A stretch of DNA of 37,618 nucleotides from Patescibacteria group bacterium (GCA_036986255.1 BTRF01000002.1:1-37618), one strand, 5' to 3'. Positions 23,004 through 32,257 are shown, counted from the first letter of the stretch. The notes: generated by a model from the letters alone, not told the origin. Numbers and translations are program-made.

Positions 23004-24350
23004 ATGGTTTCTAAAGCGCCAGGTTTGGAAAAATTAAATTTTAAAATTATAAACAAAGGTCTCCGGTCTGAGGAGATGGTAAAGCTTATCAGACAAGCTC
23101 AAGAAAAGTATATTTACTGGGATAAGTTCAAACACCTCCCAATGCCCAAAGGGTTTACGCCCGAGGAAGCTTGGTTAAATCTTAAACTTACTAGATTTAC
23201 AAATCGAGAAAAAATTCCTGTAATGTCGGTTGATGGTAAACCTTTCTTCTTTAATATTACTAAAAAAATGTTTCAACGATTAAGTGTGATAGATTCCAAT
23301 ACAAGTGGTTTTATCAGCACAGAGTTTGGTAGACCTACAGAATCTCAAAAGTCTCAGTTGATTATTAGTGGTCTATCGGAGGAGGCAATTGCTTCGAGTC
23401 AGATCGAAGGAGCTAATACTTCCCGCAAGGTTGCTAAGGAGATGATTCTGACTAACAGAAAACCTAAAACCCACGGGGAGCAGATGATTATAAATAATTA
23501 CAAGGTTATGCAGATGTTGGACGACCTTAAGGACCTTAACCTTAGTTTGGGAATGCTTTTGGACATTCAAAAGCAAATCACAATCGGGACACTTGAGAAT
23601 GAGGATGAAGCAGGAAGATTAAGGACCGATGAGGACCGAATTGTTGTATCGGATTCTCTTACCGGAGAGGTTGTATTCATCCCACCCTCTGAAAAGAAGC
23701 TAAAGAAGGAGTTAAAGCGGTTAATAAACTACGCTAATAAGAAGGAGAGCGATGCAGAATTTTTGCACCCTGTGATTAAAGCTTCTATCCTCCATTTTTG
23801 GCTGGCGTATTTGCATCCTTTCGTAGATGGTAACGGGAGAACTGCAAGAGCCATCTTCTACTGGTATTTGCTTAAGCACAACTATTGGTTGTTTCAATAT
23901 TTGTCGGTATCGAGAATAATCAAAAATTCGAGACAACAATACGACAGAGCATTCTTATATTCCGAACTTGACGATAATGACTTTACTTACTTTCTTTCAT
24001 ACAATCTGAAAGCGGTTGTGCTTGCGATCAAAGATTTTCTTAAACACTATAGAAAAAAGCTGAAGGAAGAAGCTTTTGCTGAACAAATTAAAAAACGTGT
24101 TAGCGACTTGAACGGGCGGCAGATTTTACTTCTTCGGTATTGGAACGATAACCCAAATAAGACGGTAGATATTAACAAACACCGGGTTAAACACGGTGTT
24201 GCTTATCAAACTGCTAGAACTGACCTCTTGGGTTTAGTTGAGAAGGGTTATTGCACACAATGGGAAATAAAAGGAGAAAAAAAGTCAAAGTATGAATACG
24301 TTTCGAACAGAGTTGCTGTAAGGTCATTGTTTAAAGACTTGAACCGATAG
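23004..24350 (+). CDS. Fic-domain protein (AMPylase-type) with N-terminal inhibitory motif and C-terminal wHTH-like region
   Basis: Canonical HPFVDGNGRTARA. Upstream SSQIEG fits the (S/T)xxxE(G/N) autoinhibition motif. Confidence 0.9.
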   Translation: MVSKAPGLEKLNFKIINKGLRSEEMVKLIRQAQEKYIYWDKFKHLPMPKGFTPEEAWLNLKLTRFTNREKIPVMSVDGKPFFFNITKKMFQRLSVIDSNTSGFISTEFGRPTESQKSQLIISGLSEEAIASSQIEGANTSRKVAKEMILTNRKPKTHGEQMIINNYKVMQMLDDLKDLNLSLGMLLDIQKQITIGTLENEDEAGRLRTDEDRIVVSDSLTGEVVFIPPSEKKLKKELKRLINYANKKESDAEFLHPVIKASILHFWLAYLHPFVDGNGRTARAIFYWYLLKHNYWLFQYLSVSRIIKNSRQQYDRAFLYSELDDNDFTYFLSYNLKAVVLAIKDFLKHYRKKLKEEAFAEQIKKRVSDLNGRQILLLRYWNDNPNKTVDINKHRVKHGVAYQTARTDLLGLVEKGYCTQWEIKGEKKSKYEYVSNRVAVRSLFKDLNR

Positions 24351-24433
24351 ATTTATTGTTCCTGAGCTTGGGAATTAGTTTTCGCTTTTCTAGTTCCTTC
24401 TATCATTTAGGCAAGAAATCTTGAGTGATTTCA

Positions 24434-24484
24434 GGTCTGGTAAGCTCATCTCGGCTGTCCTAAATGCGTCAAGCAAGGGGAGCC
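24434..24484 (+). repeat. 51-nt intergenic element, copy 1 of 3
   Basis: ggtctggtaagctcatctcggctgtcctaaatgcgtcaagcaaggggagcc. Matches copy 2 at 39/51 and copy 3 at 41/51. Confidence 0.85.
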
Positions 24485-24699
24485 ATCCTTCGCTAAAGCT
24501 ACGGAATGGCGAAGGACACCCCCAACACCCAAGACACCCTATAGGTTGATAATCATGTTAAGACGTGTTACACTTCTTTCCGTTAGCTTTAAATACTGAT
24601 CAGTAGTTAATACTGATTTGAGCCGGTTTACTTGGTTTAGGTACTCGTATCTTCCCCTCTTTGAATCGTCTCCTTTTAAAAGCCATCGAAATATTAAAT

Positions 24700-25911
24700 A
24701 TGAGAAATTTTAAACGCGGTCATTCCCGTGGTTTTCGCGGGCAAAACAATAGATCGTTTGGTCGGCATCGGTCAAACAGATCAGGTGGTCGAGGTGGATA
24801 CCGGAACAAGGGTGCTTCTTTGGACCCGCTTATGTTCGTCAAGAAGGCTGTTGATGTTGCCGAAATACCGTATGTATCAGCGAACAGGTTTTCGGACTTC
24901 CCTTTGGATGAAACTGTGAAAAAGAATGTACTGGCCCGCGGCTTTGACAAGCCTACCCCGATTCAAGATCAGGCGATACTCCCCATACTGGAAGGAAGGG
25001 ATCTGGTTGGCGTTGCCAACACGGGAACTGGAAAAACTGCGGCTTTTTTACTGCCTTTGATTACGAAGGTATCAAAGGATCGAAGCCAGAAGGTTTTGAT
25101 CGTAACGCCTACCCGTGAACTGGCGGCGCAGATCCAAGACGAACTTAAGCTATTTAGTTTGGGTATGGGTATTTACTCAACACTATGCATCGGCGGTACC
25201 TCGCTGAACAAACAGGCGCGAGGGTTGTCGAAACGACCTAATTTTGTGATCGGAACCCCAGGAAGAATCAAGGATTTGGAGAGGCGGCGAATTTCGAACC
25301 TAACCCACTACAGAAATGTGGTACTGGATGAGGTTGACCGCATGTTGGATATGGGGTTTATCCACGATATCCGGCACATTATTTCGTTTTTACCAAAGAG
25401 TCGTCAATCCTTGTTCTTCGCGGCAACGATGCCAAAGGAAACCAAGGTGGTAATGCAGAGCTTTTTAACCGATCCAGTAACAGTGTCGGTGAAAATCGGG
25501 ACGACTTGTCGAAATGTTGATCAGGACATAGTTCGAACTCGGGGCAAAAACAAACTTGAGGTCCTCCACCAGCTGTTGATCAAAAAGGAATTTAGGAAGG
25601 TTTTGGTTTTTGGCCGGACCAAGTGGGGAGTGAGCAAACTTGAGGCAAGTCTAACCAAGAGAGGTTTTAAGGCCGCGTCGATTCATGGCAACAAGAGCCA
25701 GGGGCAGAGGCTGCGGGCTTTGAAGATGTTAGAGAATAGCGAGGTTCAGATTTTACTAGCCACAGATGTGGCCTCTAGAGGGCTTGACATAGAAAATGTG
25801 ACCCATGTCATCAACTATGATGTGCCAGGAACATATAATGATTATGTGCATCGGATAGGCCGAACAGGAAGAGCGGGGAAAAAGGGTGTGGCGCTGACTT
25901 TTATTGACTGA
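24700..25911 (+). CDS. DEAD-box ATP-dependent RNA helicase
   Basis: Q motif F..TPIQ, ANTGTGKTAAF, DEVD (motif II), AAT (motif III) and HRIGRTGRAG. RGG-rich N-terminus. Start at ATG 24700 because the track start is a TTG. Confidence 0.85.
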   Translation: MRNFKRGHSRGFRGQNNRSFGRHRSNRSGGRGGYRNKGASLDPLMFVKKAVDVAEIPYVSANRFSDFPLDETVKKNVLARGFDKPTPIQDQAILPILEGRDLVGVANTGTGKTAAFLLPLITKVSKDRSQKVLIVTPTRELAAQIQDELKLFSLGMGIYSTLCIGGTSLNKQARGLSKRPNFVIGTPGRIKDLERRRISNLTHYRNVVLDEVDRMLDMGFIHDIRHIISFLPKSRQSLFFAATMPKETKVVMQSFLTDPVTVSVKIGTTCRNVDQDIVRTRGKNKLEVLHQLLIKKEFRKVLVFGRTKWGVSKLEASLTKRGFKAASIHGNKSQGQRLRALKMLENSEVQILLATDVASRGLDIENVTHVINYDVPGTYNDYVHRIGRTGRAGKKGVALTFID

Positions 25912-25954
25912 GTATATCCGTATTAAGCTCAATTTTCTTGTTGCAAAATAAGTC

Positions 25955-26005
25955 CATCTGGTAAGTTTATTTCAGGTTTTCCAAGTGCGTTAAGCAAGGG
26001 GAGCC
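25955..26005 (+). repeat. 51-nt intergenic element, copy 2 of 3
   Basis: catctggtaagtttatttcaggttttccaagtgcgttaagcaaggggagcc. Confidence 0.85.
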
Positions 26006-26045
26006 GCTACTCTTAACTTCACTTCTCTTCTGATATAATTTTTTC

Positions 26046-26975
26046 ATGGTTAAAGTTCACCTTGATACAGATTTGGGCGGTGACCCCGACGATTTGTGCG
26101 CCTTAGCTCTGCTTCTAAGGTGGCCCGATGTTGAGATAACGGGTGTTACAACAGTGTCTGATGAGAATGGCAGACGAGCGGGGTACACAAAGTATGCTTT
26201 GCAAATAGCGGGGAAAGATAATATCTCAGTCAAGTCTGGTGCTGATGTTTCCGACGGTTACTATCGTCACAAACCAAAATACCCGGTAGAAGAGAAGTTT
26301 TGGCCAGAAGCTATACAACCTTTCCCAAGCCCGCTGGATGAGGCTTTAAAACTTCTAAAACAGAGCATCGAGCAAGATGCGATTGTTATAACAATCGGCC
26401 CATATACGAACTTGGCCCTTTTAGACCAAAAGTACCCAGGTATACTGCAAAGGGCAAATATCTATCTCATGGGTGGATATATTTATCCAGTAAGAGAAGG
26501 ATTTCCCAGGTGGCGTAATGTCGTGGACTACAATACACAGGTTGATGTAAACTCAGCAAAACACGTGCTTGAGAATTCATCTCCGACTCTTATTCCAGTG
26601 TCGGTGACGGTTGAAACTGCTTTGCGAAGGGCATATTTACCTGGACTCAGAAAATCTGGAAAGCTGGGAGATTTAATGGCATTTCAAGCGGAGGCGGAAA
26701 ACAACTCTGCACACAATGATGAAAAGTTTGGGAAGACTTGCAAGGGCTTACCGGAAGATATTCTTAACTTTCAACACGATTCTTTAGCATGTGCGGCGGC
26801 ACTTGGTTGGGATGGTGTGAAATTTGAAGAAATACCCCTCAAGTTTGAGTTAAAAGACGGTTGGCTAAACGAAGTTGTTGCTGCGCAAGGTAAAAAAACA
26901 AAGGTTGTGACAAAGGTAGATGGGGACAGGTTTAATGAGTTTTGGTTTGAAACAGTAACTGCTCGATTGGATTGA
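26046..26975 (+). CDS. nucleoside hydrolase (IUNH family)
   Basis: N-terminal VHLDTDLGGDPDDLCAL (DxDxxxDD calcium/ribose motif). The size and layout fit the IUNH fold. Confidence 0.8.
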   Translation: MVKVHLDTDLGGDPDDLCALALLLRWPDVEITGVTTVSDENGRRAGYTKYALQIAGKDNISVKSGADVSDGYYRHKPKYPVEEKFWPEAIQPFPSPLDEALKLLKQSIEQDAIVITIGPYTNLALLDQKYPGILQRANIYLMGGYIYPVREGFPRWRNVVDYNTQVDVNSAKHVLENSSPTLIPVSVTVETALRRAYLPGLRKSGKLGDLMAFQAEAENNSAHNDEKFGKTCKGLPEDILNFQHDSLACAAALGWDGVKFEEIPLKFELKDGWLNEVVAAQGKKTKVVTKVDGDRFNEFWFETVTARLD

Positions 26976-27026
26976 GGTCTGGCAAGTTTATTTAAGCCTT
27001 CCTAAATGCGTCAAGCAAGGGGAGTT
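26976..27026 (+). repeat. 51-nt intergenic element, copy 3 of 3
   Basis: ggtctggcaagtttatttaagccttcctaaatgcgtcaagcaaggggagtt. Starts 1 nt after the TGA of the hydrolase gene. Confidence 0.85.
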
Positions 27027-27086
27027 GCGAAAGATTTGCTCATTTTCCCATAACCAATTAATTCATCCGCGGATTTTCTTCCAAAG

Positions 27087-27123
27087 AAAAAGCCACCTTA
27101 GCGTGATGCCAAGATGGCTTTAG
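27087..27123. terminator. bidirectional hairpin terminator between convergent genes
   Basis: AAAAAGCCACCTT(loop)AAGATGGCTTT, an 11-bp stem with one mismatch. An A-run and a T-run flank it. Confidence 0.5.
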
Positions 27124-27139
27124 ATTAGCAGGACCGTAC

Positions 27140-28456
27140 TCATGTGGCGAAACCCCCTGGTCCCCCCTCGCGAGTTAGCCAACCCTGCTTGTTCATTGTG
27201 AATATCGCATACCAGCGCAATCCCCACAAGGAAAGCAAGTAAAAGGGGAAAATGGTGAGGTAAACCCACCACGCTTTTCTTGTCTCCCTCATGCCGGGGT
27301 ACGCTCGCACGATTCTAGTCAGCACCGATCCCAACCATAGGATGGCGACAATACCCAGAACCCCCAGACCGTAGGCTTCATGTAAGAGCCACCTGCCATC
27401 TTGAAAGTTCTTCGCGTGTAGTGCAACAATCCCCAACAGCATAAGGGTATTGGTCCAGACGGTGAGCATTTGCCAAGCAGCCAGAGGGCGCTTCCAAATC
27501 CAAAATCTGTCTGGGGGTGAAAGTAGGATCGTATGGAACTGATCAGGAGACGAACGTTCTGAAAAGCTCCTTTCAGTCGCACAGGATAGTGCTCTGACAG
27601 TTCGCCGACTGCCATTACGAAACCAGCGTAGGCGCTGCTTGAAGAGGGTTTTCCAGGTAGGTGGGCTGATCGTCACAGTTTTAGCTGTGCTTTGATAGAC
27701 GCAGCTCCAGCCGGCTTGAAGCAGAAGGCTGGTAAAGCGCCCGTCATCCCCACTAACGCATAGTCTGCCCAGAAACCTTTCTGTAGTTAAGCCTTCCATG
27801 AGAGGCATGGCTGCCTTTCTCCTGTAGGCTACGCAACGCCCACCTAAGACAGTTACCTGACCTCGGGTGGAGAGTGCCGGTACCGTAATTCGATACTTGA
27901 TCAGCTCTACCAAGTGGTTAAAGTAAGTGACTAAAGAAGTATAGGGTTGGAAGATTTGCTGGTCACCAACAACTCCTCCTACCTTTTGATCGGCGAAAGG
28001 TTTGATCAATTCGGGGATAGTATCCGGAGCGGCAAAGGTGTCGCTTTCGATAACTACCACGTACTCGAACCTCGCTTCTTCAATAGCCATTTTTATTGCC
28101 AGCCGCTTTCCTGGGGGAGAAACAAGCACGCGTACATGGCCTCCCCATCGGCTTTGGCACCACTGAGTTACTTCAGGTTCCCTCGAGTCCGTGACAATAA
28201 GGACCTCCCCAACGATATGCCGGGGGTTTCCAAGTACTGAGTTGACGGCCTTTTCAAGGGTACCTTTGTCTTCTTTGTAGGTAGGGATAGCAACGGAGAC
28301 CAGATCCGTGAAGTCATTTCTAACCGGTTTGTAAAACCGGCTATAGACGAACTTCACTCCCCAGACGTACCAGAAGTAAAACAAAATTAAGCTGTATACA
28401 GCGATATACTGGTACGGTTGCAGAAGTCGAAGGACTTCTAGGACGGCAACGATCAT
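27140..28456 (-). CDS. processive family-2 glycosyltransferase (hyaluronan/chitin-synthase-like)
   Basis: IPTYKED, ESDT, GDDGRFT and QRLRW (QxxRW). TM helices at both ends. Start taken at ATG 28456, forming an ATGA overlap with the upstream stop. Confidence 0.8.
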   Translation of the reverse strand: MIVAVLEVLRLLQPYQYIAVYSLILFYFWYVWGVKFVYSRFYKPVRNDFTDLVSVAIPTYKEDKGTLEKAVNSVLGNPRHIVGEVLIVTDSREPEVTQWCQSRWGGHVRVLVSPPGKRLAIKMAIEEARFEYVVVIESDTFAAPDTIPELIKPFADQKVGGVVGDQQIFQPYTSLVTYFNHLVELIKYRITVPALSTRGQVTVLGGRCVAYRRKAAMPLMEGLTTERFLGRLCVSGDDGRFTSLLLQAGWSCVYQSTAKTVTISPPTWKTLFKQRLRWFRNGSRRTVRALSCATERSFSERSSPDQFHTILLSPPDRFWIWKRPLAAWQMLTVWTNTLMLLGIVALHAKNFQDGRWLLHEAYGLGVLGIVAILWLGSVLTRIVRAYPGMRETRKAWWVYLTIFPFYLLSLWGLRWYAIFTMNKQGWLTREGGPGGFAT

Positions 28457-29415
28457 CGCTCGATTCCCCACTCTTTTTCCGAAATGGTTGGCGATGGTGC
28501 CCATTTATGCCCCTCGATCTGTGCCGGCGGTACTATGCCGTCGGAGGCTAGTCCCTCCAAGGTCTGGTTGACCTTTATCATTGCAGACAACATGGGCATC
28601 TCTACCCCATGCTCCTGAGCGAATCGCAAAAGACCTACGGTGTCTTTAGGCAAGCAGCTGCCTCCGTAAGCTTGGCCTCCGACACAGCCGTAATGAGAAT
28701 TCCAGGCGCTTTCTGATGTATGAGTAGCAATCTCGAGCGCCGGGTTAGCATCTAGCCCGATTTCGCGGGCTAAAAGCCATATCTCGTTGCTGAAGCTAAT
28801 CACGAGTGCATTTCTCAAGTTGTTGATGTACTTGATTAGCTCGGCTTCTACGATAGTTGTTCGGAAGCGTTCTCCACCGAATGGTCGATATGCTTCCTCC
28901 AGGACATGGCCTGACCGTTTGTCTAGTTCTCCGATAACGGTGGCCCATGGATGTCTGAAGTCTTCAGTGCTGCTTCTCGCTCGCAGAAATTCCGGATTGA
29001 AGCAAACACCAAAATCCACCCCCGCAATTTTGCCAGAATACTTCTCCATCAGAGGGATTAGTATTTTGTCAGTTGCGGTCGGTGGTACGGTGGATCGAAC
29101 GACCACAAGGGGCCATTTTTTCTGCAAAGACAGTATCTTCCCCACGGATCCCATTCCGCTGCTTATGTAACGAAGATCAACTTCGCCGTTATCTTCGCCC
29201 GGGGGGGTACTGATGCATACCATGACCGCATCTATATCAGCGGGTACTTCTGTTTTCAGCAAGTCGCTCATAAGAAAAGAATTGTACCCTTGAGCACCAA
29301 GCGTTCTTACTACCTGAACGTTGATGTCTACGAAGATCACTTCGTGGTTCTTTTCAAGCATTCCGATTCCAGTAGCTTGGCCCACGATTCCGCTCCCTAC
29401 GATTAACATCTTCAT
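28453..29415 (-). CDS. ugd: UDP-glucose/GDP-mannose dehydrogenase family protein (short form)
   Basis: MLIVGSGIVGQATG Rossmann motif and catalytic GGSCLPKD at residue ~254. Only ~66 aa follow, so the usual C-terminal UDP-binding domain appears absent. Confidence 0.75.
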   Translation of the reverse strand: MKMLIVGSGIVGQATGIGMLEKNHEVIFVDINVQVVRTLGAQGYNSFLMSDLLKTEVPADIDAVMVCISTPPGEDNGEVDLRYISSGMGSVGKILSLQKKWPLVVVRSTVPPTATDKILIPLMEKYSGKIAGVDFGVCFNPEFLRARSSTEDFRHPWATVIGELDKRSGHVLEEAYRPFGGERFRTTIVEAELIKYINNLRNALVISFSNEIWLLAREIGLDANPALEIATHTSESAWNSHYGCVGGQAYGGSCLPKDTVGLLRFAQEHGVEMPMLSAMIKVNQTLEGLASDGIVPPAQIEGHKWAPSPTISEKEWGIER

Positions 29416-29496
29416 TATGTCTCCTCTCTTTCTCTATTTGGTTTTAGGCGTCTCTGGAGAAAAGTTTAACACCCCCCATCGGATGAGTCAAGCACT

Positions 29497-30483
29497 ATGG
29501 GATGTATAGATCAAGGAGTGGATTTGCCGTTGAGGAAGCGTCTTTGCCATAATAAGACCGTGTCCAGGCGATTATTCCTTCTTCTCCTTATACTTCTTGC
29601 GGTTGTCCTTGGTGCGGCTCTCGTTCTAAGGCTGCAGATCTCCACTTTCTTTAGCGGTTCCTCCAGCGATACCTCCAGCGTCAAGGAAGAGAGCGGGGAG
29701 GAAGCCCCCAAGGAGTTCTCATGCACGGGGGAGGTTTACACCAACCTTCGCCAAGGGTATCAGGTCTGTTATCCCTCCGGTTGGAATACGCGGGAATTTG
29801 GGTATTCTCAGATGAGCGTCGGCTTTGACCCCTTTCCTATTCCCGAGGTGGGCGAGTACGGAGGGATGTTTACGATCTCCGTTTCGCGCAAAAGCAGTGC
29901 CGCCCTTTTATCCGATTACTTAAAGGGATTGGAAGAGCCGGCTACCTCTACGGTGGAGGTGGGCGGGATTACGGGGATAAAGGTAAGCGGGACTTTTCCC
30001 TCCGATCAGATCTTCTTCGCGGACTACTTTCAGATCGTTACCGTCGTGGAAACTTTTGATCGCACCTATACGCTTCAGCTTCTCTCTGCTCCGGATGACT
30101 ACGAAACAAATGTCCTCCGCTATGAAGAGTTTGTGGGGAGCTTCCGCTTTTTGGAAGATGCTTCTCCTGCTCCTTGGGGAAAGAGTATTTATTTGACGAC
30201 CCCTTGGCCCAACGACGAGGTGGGAGGCACTTTCCGCGTGGCCGGTTCGGCCCAGGGTGCCTTTGAAAGCACTGTCGTCGTACGGCTTAAAAACGCTAAA
30301 GATGCTGTTATTTTTGAGCAGTCCGTCGTTTATAACGCCCCTGATGTGGGGGAGCGGGGTTACTTCGATGTTGAAGTGAATTACTCAACCTCTACCGCTT
30401 CGGGCGTTTTAGAGGTGTTCTACACCTCACCCAAAGATGGTGCGGTGGTCGATCTGGTTTCGGTTCCTCTAAGATTTAAATGA
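29497..30483 (+). CDS. membrane-anchored protein with C-terminal Gmad2-like Ig domain
   Basis: N-terminal TM. The C-terminus WPNDEVGGTFRVAGSAQGAFESTVVVRLKN...GYFDVEV...GVLEVFYTSPKDG resembles the Gmad2 domain. Confidence 0.55.
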   Translation: MGCIDQGVDLPLRKRLCHNKTVSRRLFLLLLILLAVVLGAALVLRLQISTFFSGSSSDTSSVKEESGEEAPKEFSCTGEVYTNLRQGYQVCYPSGWNTREFGYSQMSVGFDPFPIPEVGEYGGMFTISVSRKSSAALLSDYLKGLEEPATSTVEVGGITGIKVSGTFPSDQIFFADYFQIVTVVETFDRTYTLQLLSAPDDYETNVLRYEEFVGSFRFLEDASPAPWGKSIYLTTPWPNDEVGGTFRVAGSAQGAFESTVVVRLKNAKDAVIFEQSVVYNAPDVGERGYFDVEVNYSTSTASGVLEVFYTSPKDGAVVDLVSVPLRFK

Positions 30484-31181
30484 TAGGTAAAAAGATTTTG
30501 CCGGGGAAGAATCCGTCGGAAAAGAAGAGTTCCAAACGAACCTGTCTAACCCTCTTCTTCGGGTTTCTTTTGGGTTTGCTCATCATTATCCTCCTCCTCG
30601 CCGCCGGGGTGGTGGCGGCTCTCTCGGCCACGGGGATTGTGGAAGTTCCGATCCTCTCCAATCTGTTTAAGCCTCCGGAGGTGACGGAGGATTTCTCTTT
30701 CGAAGAGGTCAATTCCCAATCGCTGGAGAAAAAGATCTCTAAGTTGGAGGGAGCCAAAGGGAAGGTCGACGTTACTTTTACTGACGATGAGGTCAACACA
30801 ATGCTCTCCTCCTTCTCTTCCTCCTCCTCTTCTGAGGGACCTCCCTTGCAAGATGTCCGGATTAAGTTTGAGAAAGGGAAGATTAAGTTGACCGGAAAAA
30901 TCCCCCCCGCCGGATCCCCGGTTTATTTCGTGGGTTCTCTCAGCATTAAGAATGGTGCTTTAGACATTGGGGTGGAAACGCTGAAGATGGGAGCGCTCCC
31001 GATCCCTGGGGCGGTGGCGGAGAAGCTCCTCGAGACGGCTCTGAGCGAACTTGGGTTTTCTTCGGACCAGATCCCGATTGAGGAGCTCAATCTTCTGGAT
31101 GGGAAGATTGAGATTAAAGGTTTTGACCCGTCCAGTTTTGGATCATTGGGTGGCGAGAGCGGTGGCGAGAAGGAGAGATGA
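30480..31181 (+). CDS. hypothetical membrane-anchored protein
   Basis: ATGA overlap with the upstream stop. N-terminal TM (LTLFFGFLLGLLIIILLLAAGVV). No family recognised with confidence. Confidence 0.55.
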   Translation: MIGKKILPGKNPSEKKSSKRTCLTLFFGFLLGLLIIILLLAAGVVAALSATGIVEVPILSNLFKPPEVTEDFSFEEVNSQSLEKKISKLEGAKGKVDVTFTDDEVNTMLSSFSSSSSSEGPPLQDVRIKFEKGKIKLTGKIPPAGSPVYFVGSLSIKNGALDIGVETLKMGALPIPGAVAEKLLETALSELGFSSDQIPIEELNLLDGKIEIKGFDPSSFGSLGGESGGEKER

Positions 31182-31193
31182 GGAAGAGTTCTC

Positions 31194-32249
31194 ATGGTAA
31201 AGGTATTTAAAGTAATCGCCGCCGTCTTGATTCTCGCCGCGCTGGCCGTCCTGTTGGGCGCCCTGGTTGGGAATCGCGGGCCGTCTTCCTCCCAGCAGTC
31301 TCCAACCCAAAAGGATTGGACGAAGAAGTACGGAGTCTTCTCCATTAAGCCGGACGGCTCCGATTTAAAACTCATCTACCAGAGCGACAGCCAGCTCAAC
31401 CACCTTCACGTCTCTCCGGATAGCACGAAGATTCTTTTCAGCGAATTTACTAATGACCTCAACGGCGACGGGACGGCCAACGAGGCGGACCTGTTTTCCG
31501 CCGAAGTGGGAGTGATGAATATAGATGGAACGGGACGCAAACTCCTCACTGGTCCGGACGGAAATATTGATGCCGTGCCCGTCTGGTCGCCGGATGGTAC
31601 CAAAATTCTCTTTGCCTCCAGCCGCGGCACTCCCGCCGGAAAGTTGAACCTCGACCTTTATATTATGAATTCGGCCGGCAAGAGCGTTCGGAAGCTTACG
31701 GCCACCCCCGAAGTGATCGAGGCCGACCCCCATTGGATCGGCAAGAAGATTGCCTTTGCCCGGCTTGTTTTGGGCGAAAATCAGCAGGCGATTTGGATGA
31801 TGGATAGCGACGGCCGCGACGCCAAGCAAGTTACTTTCCCGAGTTTTCCCAACCGGAGCAAAGCCCCCTTCGGCTTTGGCGACTTTGATCCGAAGATCTC
31901 GCCGGACGGGAAGAAGATAGCTTCCTACCGCCATCTGGATGATAATCTTAAGGTGGCCGGCCTGCTGATCGGGAACTATGATCTCTTTATCATTAATACG
32001 GATGGTACGGAAAGGAAGGTGCTCACTAACACTCCCAGCATTGCCGAGATTATGCCCACCTGGTCGCCGGACGGGAAGAAGCTGGCCTTTTGGGTATTGT
32101 GGAAGAAGGGAATGGGGCTGCGGATTATCAATGCAGATGGGACCGGCGAGCGGGAGGTTCAAATTGATTTGGGCCAGGACGTGGGAGCCGAAATGCCCAG
32201 CTGGTTTCCGGATGGTCAGCGTTTAATCTTTTCCGCTCAAAAGTTTTAA
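31194..32249 (+). CDS. PD40/TolB-like beta-propeller protein
   Basis: Signal/TM. Repeated SPD(G/S)TKILF, WSPDGTKILFAS, SPDGKKIASY, WSPDGKKLAFW and FPDGQRLIFS. Confidence 0.75.
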   Translation: MVKVFKVIAAVLILAALAVLLGALVGNRGPSSSQQSPTQKDWTKKYGVFSIKPDGSDLKLIYQSDSQLNHLHVSPDSTKILFSEFTNDLNGDGTANEADLFSAEVGVMNIDGTGRKLLTGPDGNIDAVPVWSPDGTKILFASSRGTPAGKLNLDLYIMNSAGKSVRKLTATPEVIEADPHWIGKKIAFARLVLGENQQAIWMMDSDGRDAKQVTFPSFPNRSKAPFGFGDFDPKISPDGKKIASYRHLDDNLKVAGLLIGNYDLFIINTDGTERKVLTNTPSIAEIMPTWSPDGKKLAFWVLWKKGMGLRIINADGTGEREVQIDLGQDVGAEMPSWFPDGQRLIFSAQKF

Positions 32250-32257
32250 CCTCCTCA

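Noticed and set aside
24485-24505. CCTTCGCTAAAGCTACGG after 51-nt copy 1 resembles the tRNA-Ser flank core CCTCGCTAGCGCTCGG.
   Set aside because: The alignment needs two gaps and two mismatches over ~16 nt. It also forms its own local hairpin (CCTTCGC...GCGAAGG). It is too weak to link the two repeat families.
24434-27026. The three 51-nt elements as integron attC sites (a gene cassette array).
   Set aside because: One copy contains GTTAAGC (GTTRRRY-like), but there is no inverted RYYYAAC partner and no conserved imperfect palindrome. No intI-like gene is in the window either. The cassette-like layout is kept as an open finding, but not as an integron.
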